Position numbers and translations under genes: made by a program
Shown here: in pieces, positions 1 to 8,010 of the stretch
Layout of the letters: each line of letters opens with the position of its first letter
How positions within the stretch are numbered: position 1 is the stretch's first letter
From: Dehalococcoidales bacterium
Lineage (GTDB): Bacteria; Chloroflexota; Dehalococcoidia; Dehalococcoidales; RBG-16-60-22
Reading direction: 5' to 3'
Assembly: GCA_030606585.1 (NCBI GenBank)
Contig: JAUWGD010000002.1
Coordinates: forward strand, 1 to 36,792
DNA length: 36,792 bases
The notes under the pieces: generated by a model
What the model saw: only the letters and a program-made list of their open reading frames with translations
Told to the model about the DNA's origin: nothing
Databases searched by the model: none

Positions 1-125
1 TGCCCGGTGTCCGGCTGCGGCTTGGCGATAGGTGTCCAGTCGTTGCCGACATGCTCGTCCTTGCAGGCTATCTGACAGTTGTAACACCCGTTGCACCTGT
101 TGATGTCTATTACCATTGCCTTCAT
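1..125 (-). CDS. 4Fe-4S dicluster ferredoxin-type (BthL-like beta) subunit of a Mo/W oxidoreductase; N-terminal 41 codons only, gene runs off the left edge
   Basis: Not in the ORF track because it is truncated. The reverse complement of 1..125 reads ATG AAG GCA ATG GTA ATA GAC..., giving MKAMVIDINRCNGCYNCQIACKDEHVGNDWTPIAKPQPDTG. It carries a CxxCxxCxxxC cluster motif. A GGAGGTG RBS (rc of 133..139) lies 7 nt upstream of the ATG at 125..123. The N-terminus resembles my recollection of the P. acidigallici BthL start (MVIDVAKCQDCNNCFMGCMDEH). Confidence 0.6.
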   Translation of the reverse strand, partial: MKAMVIDINRCNGCYNCQIACKDEHVGNDWTPIAKPQPDTG

Positions 126-170
126 TATTCTTCACCTCCAAGCGGTTATATGTAAATCAAACCTTCAAAA

Positions 171-200
171 ATAATACACTCTGGCACTGGTTCCGGTCAA
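171..200 (-). promoter_or_regulatory. candidate sigma70 promoter for the ferredoxin-subunit gene
   Basis: On the minus strand: TTGACC (rc of 195..200), an 18 nt spacer, then TATTAT (rc of 171..176). GGTCAA (195..200) and TTGACC (215..220) also form a 6 bp inverted repeat around the -35. Confidence 0.3.
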
Positions 201-230
201 CTTTGCCGGTTTAATTGACCTATCCCCAGG

Positions 231-1919
231 TCACTCACCCGGAATTATAGGTAGAAGCAGGTATGACGCGAATTCCGGGTCATGGTGAATCTGGTGCATT
301 GTTGTCTTGCTGCTGCAGATGTGCAGGGAGCCGGGTCCGTTATCCATGCTGGCAATCTCTAACTCAAGGCGATGGCCGGCCCGGAACACGTTGGCGATAT
401 GGGAAAGGCTGATGGTATATTCATACACCTCACCCGGTTTTACCGGAATATTTTCGGTATGAATATGCCAGGGGTTCCACGGCTCGGACTTGCTCTCATC
501 GACGGCGCGGTGTGAGGCCTTGAGCCAGCCGGCTGTCAGCATCTTCTTCGTGCCGGACTGGTCGATATCCCGGAGCGTGACATTCCAGTTGGTGTCCTGC
601 TGGTCGATGGCGGCATAAAAACAGATGGCCATCGGCCCGATGACCTCCACGTCTCCGGTAAAAGGCGGCATTGAGTATTTAATCGAATTAACCTCGGAGG
701 TCTCGTCAAGCGGCTGCTGCACAAAGCAGTCGGGTCCCTCATTGGATATCGGCGCCTCGGTCATGAGGCGTCCCCGGCTGCGCAGGTAGTACTTCGTCCA
801 CTGTGTCCTGGCCAGGGGCCACTCGTTCTCATAGCGCCATTCGTTGATGCCGTTAACGTACAGCTTTATCGGCGCCTCGTCCATGATACCGTTGTCAATC
901 CCCTTCAGCCAGTAGTCGAACCACCGCAAGACCTCGTCATGCAGCTGGTACCAGGGGCGTTCGTCACTTAAAGCCAATGGCGCCATGATCATTTTCCTGG
1001 GCACGTCCACACCGTTGTAGAGCGCGAAAGCGCCATCGGGCCACATACCGACCCAGGGGCCGCCGGTATAGAGCGGCACCTTGATTTTATCGAATTTGGT
1101 ATAGGGTGACCGCTCCTGATAAAAAGGCCCGTCATTGGGATTAAAGAGAAAATCGGCGAAGAGCGGACTCTTCGTCGGGTAGCGGAGGCAGCTCCAGTAA
1201 ATACTGTAGACCATCAGGTCGGGGTCGCTGAGACGCTCCTTCCAGAGCTTCTCCAGCTCATCCGGGGGCGTGTTCCTAATCGTGGCGCAGACATGGTTCT
1301 TATGAGCGATGCCGCTGCCGTTGGTCTGCCCCGGGTCCATGCCCCGCCCGCTGTAAAGGCGATATATCATCGGATGGATAACGCCGCCGGAGGTGGCGAA
1401 CTGGGTATAGAGGTCGCTCCATACCTCCCAGGGGAAAATGGCCTTGAGGTGCGGCGGCTGCTCGGCGGCGGTATAGGTCTGGACGCCGGCCAGGTAGGAT
1501 ATGCCGACCATCCCAACATTGCCATCGCACCAGGGCTGGGCGGCAATCCACTCGATGATGTCATAGCCGTCTTCGCCTTCGGTATGACCGCACATCCCCA
1601 CGTACTCGCCCTCCGAGTCGCCGCAGCCCCGGACATCGGCGATAACATGGACATACCCGTTCCCCACGAACTGCCTGGTATTGCCGGACTCCATGGTGCC
1701 GTCCCAGACCAGAGAATTCTCACGTCCCTGGGGCTGCTTTACCGGCAGCACCTGTAAATCCTTGCCGTAAACGCACAGCGCCAGCAGCGCCGGGAATTTC
1801 CCTTCGGCATCAGGGCGGTATACATCAACCGCTAGTTGTACGCCGTCACGCATGGGGACAAGTACGGTTTCCTTCTCTCTGACCTGATACAACGGTTGTG
1901 AACCCTTCTCTTTTTTCAT
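231..1919 (-). CDS. CocE/NonD family (peptidase S15, X-Pro dipeptidyl-peptidase-like) serine hydrolase/esterase
   Basis: From ORF 231..1934. I prefer the ATG at 1919 (MKKEKGS...) because a GAGGAG RBS (rc of 1927..1932) precedes it. The 1934 codon is GTG and lies inside that RBS. Family motifs: VLVPMRDGVQLAVDVYRP, ADVRGCGDSEGEY and the nucleophile elbow GISYLAG. Confidence 0.8.
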   Translation of the reverse strand: MKKEKGSQPLYQVREKETVLVPMRDGVQLAVDVYRPDAEGKFPALLALCVYGKDLQVLPVKQPQGRENSLVWDGTMESGNTRQFVGNGYVHVIADVRGCGDSEGEYVGMCGHTEGEDGYDIIEWIAAQPWCDGNVGMVGISYLAGVQTYTAAEQPPHLKAIFPWEVWSDLYTQFATSGGVIHPMIYRLYSGRGMDPGQTNGSGIAHKNHVCATIRNTPPDELEKLWKERLSDPDLMVYSIYWSCLRYPTKSPLFADFLFNPNDGPFYQERSPYTKFDKIKVPLYTGGPWVGMWPDGAFALYNGVDVPRKMIMAPLALSDERPWYQLHDEVLRWFDYWLKGIDNGIMDEAPIKLYVNGINEWRYENEWPLARTQWTKYYLRSRGRLMTEAPISNEGPDCFVQQPLDETSEVNSIKYSMPPFTGDVEVIGPMAICFYAAIDQQDTNWNVTLRDIDQSGTKKMLTAGWLKASHRAVDESKSEPWNPWHIHTENIPVKPGEVYEYTISLSHIANVFRAGHRLELEIASMDNGPGSLHICSSKTTMHQIHHDPEFASYLLLPIIPGE

Positions 1920-1958
1920 ATTCGTGCTCCTCACCGAAAAAATAATATATTTTATAGT

Positions 1959-4085
1959 CTAGACTTTATAGACCTTACAGAGAAATGCCCTGAGAGATTC
2001 CGAACCGGTATGAGGGTCACAGGGCATATCCGCGGCTAAAACATTAACATTCGATTCCGTGAAGCCGTATTCCGGCGGCTCTTTTTCCGGGAACCACCAG
2101 CCGTGCTGGGCGTGAACGACGCCGGGGTGAATCCCCTCCGTAAGTTTCGCCCTCTGCTTAATCCTGCCCCTGGGGCTTTCAATCCAGACCCAGTCCCCGG
2201 ACTTGATTCCCAGGCCGCCCGCAGTATCGGGGTGGATTTCCATTATGGGGTCGGGCGTAATTATACGCAGCGATTTAATCTGCCTGCCCTCGGAACAAAA
2301 GTACCCCTGGATTCTACCGCCGGTGGTGATTATCAGGGGATATTCTTTAAATAAATCAGGCGTCGAATAAGGACTCTCCGGAGGTTCTACATAATAAGGC
2401 AGCGGGTCATAACCCATCGCTTCAAGAGTAGAACATCGCAGTTCAACCTTGCCGGAAGGCGTGTCGAACCCTTTTTCCTCGTATTTACGGTACCGCATCT
2501 TACCCGTCAGTATTCCCAGCTCCTTGAACTCCTCGAAGGTCAGGCCGGCATTTTCCAGCGTCCAGTCGCAATACTCCCTGACATCCTTCCAGGGGAAATC
2601 ATCGCCCATACCCAACCTGCGGGCAAGGTCGAACAGGATTTGCTTATCATCGCGGCACTCCCCTATCTCCGCTACTTTTTGCCTGATAAGAACGCACCAG
2701 CCCATGTGTACATCAGCCACCTCGTCATTTTCCAGCCAGCTCGATGCCGGAAGCAGTATATCCGCCATCTGGGCGGTGGGAGTCATGAACATATCGGTCA
2801 CCACCGTGAAATCGACCTTCCTGAATGCCTTTGCCGTCCTGACGGGGTCGGTCTGATTGAGCAGCGTGTTACTGCCCATGACGAACAGTGCTTTAACGGG
2901 GTACGGCTGCCCGGACATGATAGCGTCGAGTAAATGGCGCGGGTGAATGACGGAGTTGTCGAGGACTTTATACTTGCCGCGGCCAATCATCTTTGCCTTT
3001 ATTTCAGGCGTAATTCTTTCATGCAACGGGAGACTTTGCTCACCGTGGACGGTATGCGTTCTAACACCGGCCGGTGTTACCAGCGAAATATCGCCGCCGG
3101 GTACATCAAAATTTCCGGTGATGGCGGACAGGCAATGGACGGCGCGAACGGTTTGAAAGGTGTTTATATTCTGGTCAAGGGCATTGCCCCACTGTATACA
3201 GGCCGGTTTGGTCGTGGCGTACAGCCGTGCCGCCGCCCTGATATCTTCCGCGGGAATCCAGGTAATTTCCGCCACCTTTTCCGGTGGATACTCCTCGACC
3301 CTTTCCGCCAGCTCGTTGAAACCGGTAGTCCACCTGGCCACGAAATCTTTATCGTATAACTTCTCTTTAATTATCACATGGAGCATACCCAGTGCCAGGA
3401 CATCGTCAGTGCCGGGTCGAATCTGCAGCCAGTGGTCCGCCCGGGCGGCTAAATCGGTTTTCCGCGGGTCGATTACTATCAATTTGGCACCGTTCTTCAC
3501 CGCGAGGGTAACCTGATACCCGCACATGCCGTCGGCGGCGCCCGATTCCGCGATGTTACAGCCCCAGTTCAAGACGCACCTGGGTTTTACGCCACCGAAC
3601 CCGTAGTAATCGCAGACATGGAACTTGCCGCTGGTCATACGCGCCGCTACTATTCTGGGGAAATAACAGTTATTGATGATACTGAGGTGATTGGGAGTGC
3701 CCCAGCAATTGGAAAACCTCATATATAGAGGAAGGAGGGGCCGCCCCGTGCCGATAATAGTAGCTACCGACTCGGCGCCGAACTCCCGCTTGATATCAAG
3801 GAATTTCTCCGCGATAGCGTCCAGCGCCTCGTCCCAGCTGATTCTCTGCCATTTATTCTCCCCCCGCGCCCCGGCTCTCCTGAGAGGGTATTTCAGGCGG
3901 TCGGGATGATACAACAGTTCCACCGATGCTCTGCCCTTGGGGCAGATGTAACCGAGCGAAGTAGGACAGTCCGGGTCTCCGGTAATTTCAACCACTCTGC
4001 TATCCTGAATGTGCACGAGAACGCCGCAGACGCCGTGACACATTCGGCACGTGGATTTAACTACTTTTTCACGGTTATTTATCAT
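1959..4085 (-). CDS. cytoplasmic bis-MGD Mo/W oxidoreductase, acetylene-hydratase-like clade (709 aa)
   Basis: From ORF 1959..4163, start trimmed to the ATG at 4085 (MINNREKVVKSTC...). N-terminal [4Fe-4S] motif CRMCHGVC...CPKG. No twin-arginine signal. Blocks match my recollection of P. acetylenicus acetylene hydratase: YDKDFVARWTTGFNELAERVEEYPPEKVAEIT, FMTPTAQMADILLP, FPWKD, TPSGKVELRCSTLEAMGYDPLPYY, KEYPLII. The RBS is weak, so the start is uncertain by a few codons. Confidence 0.85.
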   Translation of the reverse strand: MINNREKVVKSTCRMCHGVCGVLVHIQDSRVVEITGDPDCPTSLGYICPKGRASVELLYHPDRLKYPLRRAGARGENKWQRISWDEALDAIAEKFLDIKREFGAESVATIIGTGRPLLPLYMRFSNCWGTPNHLSIINNCYFPRIVAARMTSGKFHVCDYYGFGGVKPRCVLNWGCNIAESGAADGMCGYQVTLAVKNGAKLIVIDPRKTDLAARADHWLQIRPGTDDVLALGMLHVIIKEKLYDKDFVARWTTGFNELAERVEEYPPEKVAEITWIPAEDIRAAARLYATTKPACIQWGNALDQNINTFQTVRAVHCLSAITGNFDVPGGDISLVTPAGVRTHTVHGEQSLPLHERITPEIKAKMIGRGKYKVLDNSVIHPRHLLDAIMSGQPYPVKALFVMGSNTLLNQTDPVRTAKAFRKVDFTVVTDMFMTPTAQMADILLPASSWLENDEVADVHMGWCVLIRQKVAEIGECRDDKQILFDLARRLGMGDDFPWKDVREYCDWTLENAGLTFEEFKELGILTGKMRYRKYEEKGFDTPSGKVELRCSTLEAMGYDPLPYYVEPPESPYSTPDLFKEYPLIITTGGRIQGYFCSEGRQIKSLRIITPDPIMEIHPDTAGGLGIKSGDWVWIESPRGRIKQRAKLTEGIHPGVVHAQHGWWFPEKEPPEYGFTESNVNVLAADMPCDPHTGSESLRAFLCKVYKV

Positions 4086-4311
4086 AGGTAAGATGGATGT
4101 GATAAAACATCTCTGGCGTAAACCAGTAATGACCATTTTAACCAGTTGAATTACCCTTGTCAAAGTCCGGGGATTTAAGCTAGCGTGATTTCAGCCTAAA
4201 AAACTACCCGTTTCCCCGTTAAAAAGCTGCATAGCTGACGGATTTTGCGAAATGTATTATAATACCGTAGTATATAATATAAATATTCAATATATTCTAA
4301 GGAGATGTTCG

Positions 4312-4851
4312 ATGAGCAAGGTCTCTAACCATGAGCTTCAATCGATGGCTGATGAGATAAGAGAACAGGCAGCTCAACTGAGAGTCTTAACTTTCCTGTC
4401 ATTCATTTACACCGCTGACGTCGTCAACAGGTATCTGGATATAGAAGTAGCCAGATATCCCGTCGGTCGAACCGGCTTTGGCGTCCTGCATAATCTGGTA
4501 CTGCACGGTGGTACAATGATGCCGACCAATTTAAGCGAGAGAATATTCCGCTCCAAACATGCCGTAACCAGAGTGGTTGATAACCTTGAGAAACTGGGCT
4601 TCGTGAAAAGAGACGCCATAGGCAGCGATCGCAGGGTCAGGAAAGTCAGCATAACAAAAGAGGGACTGGCATTCGTTAAAGAGTCGCAGGCCGCCGGTCA
4701 GCAACGCCTCGGTCATATGCTCCTGAAGCCCCTGAATCAAAAACAGATAGAGTCACTGGGCACGATGACGAAGCAAATAAGAGAGCACACCCTCAACCTT
4801 ATCGCCCATACACAGAACAAGGGTGAAATACCTCCATCGGAAGAAAGATAA
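4312..4851 (+). CDS. MarR-family transcriptional regulator
   Basis: From ORF 4252..4851, trimmed to the ATG at 4312, which is preceded by AAGGAG (4299..4304). Winged-HTH block: TNLSERIFRSKHAVTRVVDNLEKLGFVKRDAIGSDRRVRKVSITKEG. Confidence 0.85.
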   Translation: MSKVSNHELQSMADEIREQAAQLRVLTFLSFIYTADVVNRYLDIEVARYPVGRTGFGVLHNLVLHGGTMMPTNLSERIFRSKHAVTRVVDNLEKLGFVKRDAIGSDRRVRKVSITKEGLAFVKESQAAGQQRLGHMLLKPLNQKQIESLGTMTKQIREHTLNLIAHTQNKGEIPPSEER

Positions 4852-4910
4852 CTATCAACCAGGTAAAAATAGTTACCAGCATCAATTAGTTGCAGTGGGA
4901 ACAATATACC

Positions 4911-4939
4911 TTGACAGCATAATAAATTTTTGATAGAAT
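4911..4939 (+). promoter_or_regulatory. strong sigma70 promoter with extended -10, driving the DUF35/thiolase/ACAD array
   Basis: TTGACA (4911..4916), a 17 nt spacer, then TAGAAT (4934..4939), with TG at 4931..4932 (TGnTAGAAT). The palindrome AATTAA-attc-TTAATT (4937..4952) overlaps the -10 and predicted start site. Confidence 0.6.
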
Positions 4940-5021
4940 TAAATTCTTAATTTGTGGTAAAATCATTAATTACCTCCATCACCGTGCAAAGACACAGCCG
5001 GAATTAAAAGGAGCATTTTTC

Positions 5022-5459
5022 ATGAACGCTAAAAAGCAGATTCCCTGTCTTGAGGGGTGGTTGACCATGCCACCGCAGGAACCTCAGCTTATAGGTAACC
5101 GGTGCCAGTCCTGCGGGCATTACTTTTTCCCGAAAGCGAAAACCTGCCGTAATCCGCTTTGCGATAAAGCAAAACCCCTGAAAGATGTGCTGCTCAGCAG
5201 AAAGGGCAAGCTGTTTTCTTACACTATCAATCATTACCCGCCCCCACCCCCATACCATGCTCCGGACCCCTTTGTACCTTTCGGTGTTGTCAGTATAGCG
5301 TTGCCCGAGGGAATAAAAGTCGGGGGGCAGGTACCCAAAGATGTCGATCTTGATTCACTGAAGGTAGACACGGAGATGGAGACGGTGAGAGAGGTACTTT
5401 ATATAGATGACCAGGGGAACGAAGTTTTAAGCTGGATGTTCCGACCGGCTAAATCATAA
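5022..5459 (+). CDS. DUF35 family Zn-ribbon + OB-fold protein (thiolase/aldolase partner)
   Basis: Zn-ribbon cysteines CQSCGHYFFPKAKTCRNPLC followed by an OB-fold region (GKLFSYTI..., FGVVSIALPEGIKVGGQV). AAAGGAG RBS. Sits immediately upstream of a thiolase-like gene, which is the canonical pairing. Confidence 0.8.
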   Translation: MNAKKQIPCLEGWLTMPPQEPQLIGNRCQSCGHYFFPKAKTCRNPLCDKAKPLKDVLLSRKGKLFSYTINHYPPPPPYHAPDPFVPFGVVSIALPEGIKVGGQVPKDVDLDSLKVDTEMETVREVLYIDDQGNEVLSWMFRPAKS

Positions 5460-5528
5460 AGTGCAATCTTACGTGTGAAAACCGATTATTAATAACTTAA
5501 GCTGTTAACTAGTAAAGGGGGATAGAAG

Positions 5529-6716
5529 ATGAGAGAAGCCGCTATCATAGGCATAGGAATACACCCCTGGGGGAAATTCCCGGAAAAGAGCGTCCACGAA
5601 CTCAACCTGGAAGTAGCCCAGATGGCGCTCAAAGATGCCAATATGGAGTGGAAAGACATACAGGGATTATTCTGCGGGCAGGACCCCTGGGCCGGCATCC
5701 AGGGCATGCTGGCGGGTTCTGCCCTGGCGCAAAACCTCGGCCTCACCGGTATTCCGGTGACCAACAATTACAACGCCTGTGCCACCGGCGGCTACGCCAT
5801 GAGGACGGCCCACCTTTATATAACCTCCGGCCTTATCGATACCGCCCTCGTATGCGGGGGGAGTATTTCCCCGAAGGGAGCCTTCGGCACCACCAAGTAT
5901 GATGAATTTGACGAGACTGACCTCGATAGTCAGCGATTCAGGGTTCTCGGGTCGGCCAATTTCACCGGGTTCGCCATGGCGGCACAGAGGCGTATGCAGC
6001 AATACGGACTGACCGAGGAAGACCTGGCCCTGCAAAAAGTCAAGTCCAGCAAATACGGCTCGCTCAATCCCAACGCCCGGTATCACAAGGTATACACTGT
6101 GGAAGAAATATTAGCCTCACCTATGGTGGCTTATCCCCTGCACCTCTACCAGGTATGCGCTACCAGCGACGGCGCCACCGCCTGCGTGGTGTGCAGCATG
6201 GACGTGGCTAAAAAATACACCACCAAACCGATTATCATCGCCGGAATCGGGGCTTCCAATCCGCAGTACCCCGCCCCCGGCATGGGCGGGTTCGGCAGCG
6301 ACTTCAGTGAAGTCCCGCCTCCCAACGAGAATGATGCCGGTATAAAATCCACCTATAATGCTTACGAGGAGGCCGGCGTGGGCCCCGAGGACCTGGATGT
6401 AGCCAGTGTCTATGACCTGACCGGCGCCATGGAAATCCAGTGGTACGAAGATATCGGGCTATGCAAGGAAGGCGACGCGGAAAAACTGCTCAGGGAAGGC
6501 GCCACGTCTATGGGCGGCAGGATTCCGGTTTGCACGGACGGCGGCTGCACTTCTTCAGGAGAGTGCATTCCGGCTCAGGCCCTCGCGGAAACCTATGAGA
6601 TAGTAACGCAGTTGAGAGGCGATGCGGGACCGAGGCAGGTTGAGGGCGCCAAGTTAGGCTTCTCGGTAAATTCGGGCAAACTGGGTAATTCCTCCGCCAT
6701 TGTCTACAAGAGATAG
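5529..6716 (+). CDS. thiolase-like protein, SCP-x / nonspecific lipid-transfer type
   Basis: 395 aa. N-terminal AIIGIGIHPWGKF, nucleophile-region NNYNACATGGYAM, and C-terminal CTDGGCTSSGECIPAQALAETYEIVTQLRG. GGGGGA RBS. Confidence 0.8.
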   Translation: MREAAIIGIGIHPWGKFPEKSVHELNLEVAQMALKDANMEWKDIQGLFCGQDPWAGIQGMLAGSALAQNLGLTGIPVTNNYNACATGGYAMRTAHLYITSGLIDTALVCGGSISPKGAFGTTKYDEFDETDLDSQRFRVLGSANFTGFAMAAQRRMQQYGLTEEDLALQKVKSSKYGSLNPNARYHKVYTVEEILASPMVAYPLHLYQVCATSDGATACVVCSMDVAKKYTTKPIIIAGIGASNPQYPAPGMGGFGSDFSEVPPPNENDAGIKSTYNAYEEAGVGPEDLDVASVYDLTGAMEIQWYEDIGLCKEGDAEKLLREGATSMGGRIPVCTDGGCTSSGECIPAQALAETYEIVTQLRGDAGPRQVEGAKLGFSVNSGKLGNSSAIVYKR

Positions 6717-6825
6717 AAACCCCGGGACTGCAGGCTGTTTCCTACCGCCCTTGCCTGCATTCCGACCTGATAAAACTAGACGAACCACCGCGTGCAACAT
6801 GCTTATGGCCTTAGGAGGATGAAGA

Positions 6826-7989
6826 ATGGATTTTGAGCTTTCCCCCGAGGAAAAGGCATTCCAGAAGGAAATACGCGAGTTTCTGGACAAGGAATGTAAT
6901 GAGAATGTTGTTGCCGAGACGTTGTCTTTGCAGGGGGCAGGACCCTACTCCAAGGAGTTGCTCCGGAAAATGGGCGCGAACAGGTTACTGGCTCCCAGGT
7001 GGCCGGAGGAGTACGACGGTCGCGGCATGGGCGCTATGGCCGAGGCTATCAAGGTAGACGAGATAAATTCCCATCATGCCCCCTTTCCCCTGGACGGTGT
7101 TGAAATCGGCAATGCCCTCCTCATCAGCGGAAACGAGGAACAGAAAAAGAGGTTCCTGCCGGGTATTGCCAGCGGGGAGATCGACATTGCCCTCGGTTAT
7201 ACCGAGCCGAATGCCGGCTCCGACATCGCCTCGATACAGCTCCGCGCTGTAGAAGACGGGGACCACTTTGTCCTGAACGGGCAAAAGATATACAACAGCG
7301 AAGCACACGTCTGCGAATATCACTGGCTGCTGACCAGGACAGACCCTACCGCCGAAAAAAAGCACCGGGGGCTTAGCATGTTCATAGTTGATTTAAAGAG
7401 CCCCGGAATTACGATACGTCCATTGATAACCTCGGGAGGATTGCGGACAAACGAGGTCTTTTACGAAGACGTGCACGTCCCCAGAGAGAACCTGGTCGGC
7501 GAGAAGAACGGCGGCTGGGCGGTCATCATGAGCGCCCTTTACGGCGGCGGCGGGGGAGGAGGACTGGCCACCGGAACCAAGAATGTTATTAATACGCTGG
7601 TGAAGTACGTCCTTGAAGAAAAACAAGATGCCGATGAAAACAAGTGGATTCCGGAGGCAATGGCGGACCTGTATGTTAAGACCCACGTTGGGGAATTAAT
7701 GGGTGTTCAAGCAACTGCCTTTGCTGACCTCAAGGTTACCCCTCCCTATGGAGGCGGCGGCGCTGTATCACGTTTACTCAGCGGCGATACAAGGCGGCTT
7801 CTATACAACACAGCCATGCAAATATTAGGGCCTTATGGTCAACTTGCCAAGGATTCCAAATGGGCACCCCTGAAGGGAGAGATATTACGCGAGTTCATGG
7901 ATGCCCCACGCTGGACGATTGTCCACGGCAGCCAGGAGATTCAAAAACTGCTCATTGCTACCAGGGGCCTGGGACTACCCAGAAAGTAA
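6826..7989 (+). CDS. acyl-CoA dehydrogenase family protein, divergent C-terminal domain (candidate non-catalytic subunit)
   Basis: ACAD N-terminal and middle-domain motifs: MDFELSPEEKAFQKEIREFL, GYTEPNAGSDIASIQLRA, GQKIYNS. AGGAGG RBS at 6813..6818. The C-terminal domain has Gly runs (YGGGGGGGL, PPYGGGGA) and reads IVHGS where MCAD-type enzymes have YEGT. Confidence 0.8.
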   Translation: MDFELSPEEKAFQKEIREFLDKECNENVVAETLSLQGAGPYSKELLRKMGANRLLAPRWPEEYDGRGMGAMAEAIKVDEINSHHAPFPLDGVEIGNALLISGNEEQKKRFLPGIASGEIDIALGYTEPNAGSDIASIQLRAVEDGDHFVLNGQKIYNSEAHVCEYHWLLTRTDPTAEKKHRGLSMFIVDLKSPGITIRPLITSGGLRTNEVFYEDVHVPRENLVGEKNGGWAVIMSALYGGGGGGGLATGTKNVINTLVKYVLEEKQDADENKWIPEAMADLYVKTHVGELMGVQATAFADLKVTPPYGGGGAVSRLLSGDTRRLLYNTAMQILGPYGQLAKDSKWAPLKGEILREFMDAPRWTIVHGSQEIQKLLIATRGLGLPRK

Positions 7990-8010
7990 TATACGGAAAG
8001 GAGTCTTACA

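Noticed and set aside
1959-4085. Calling this gene a genuine acetylene hydratase
   Set aside because: The residue after the second cluster Cys is His (CRMCHGVC), where the characterised enzyme has the essential Asp. The operon context (esterase, ferredoxin subunit) also differs. I keep it only as acetylene-hydratase-like.
4086-4163. N-terminal extensions offered by the ORF track: 4086..4163 for the Mo/W enzyme, 4252..4311 for MarR, 19120..19227 for the ADH, and 1920..1934 for the CocE/NonD hydrolase
   Set aside because: The internal ATG codons sit behind good RBSs (AAGGAG at 4299, GGAAAGGAGG at 19211, GAGGAG at 1927..1932) or at the start of family homology (MINNREKVVKSTC). The extensions overlap upstream genes or AT-rich promoter DNA.
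6729-6759. Hairpin TGCAGGC (6729..6735) with GCCTGCA (6753..6759) in the 109 nt gap between the thiolase-like gene and the first ACAD, considered as a terminator
   Set aside because: The loop is 17 nt and no T-tract follows. It is more likely incidental, or at most an RNA processing or stability element. The evidence is not enough to annotate it.
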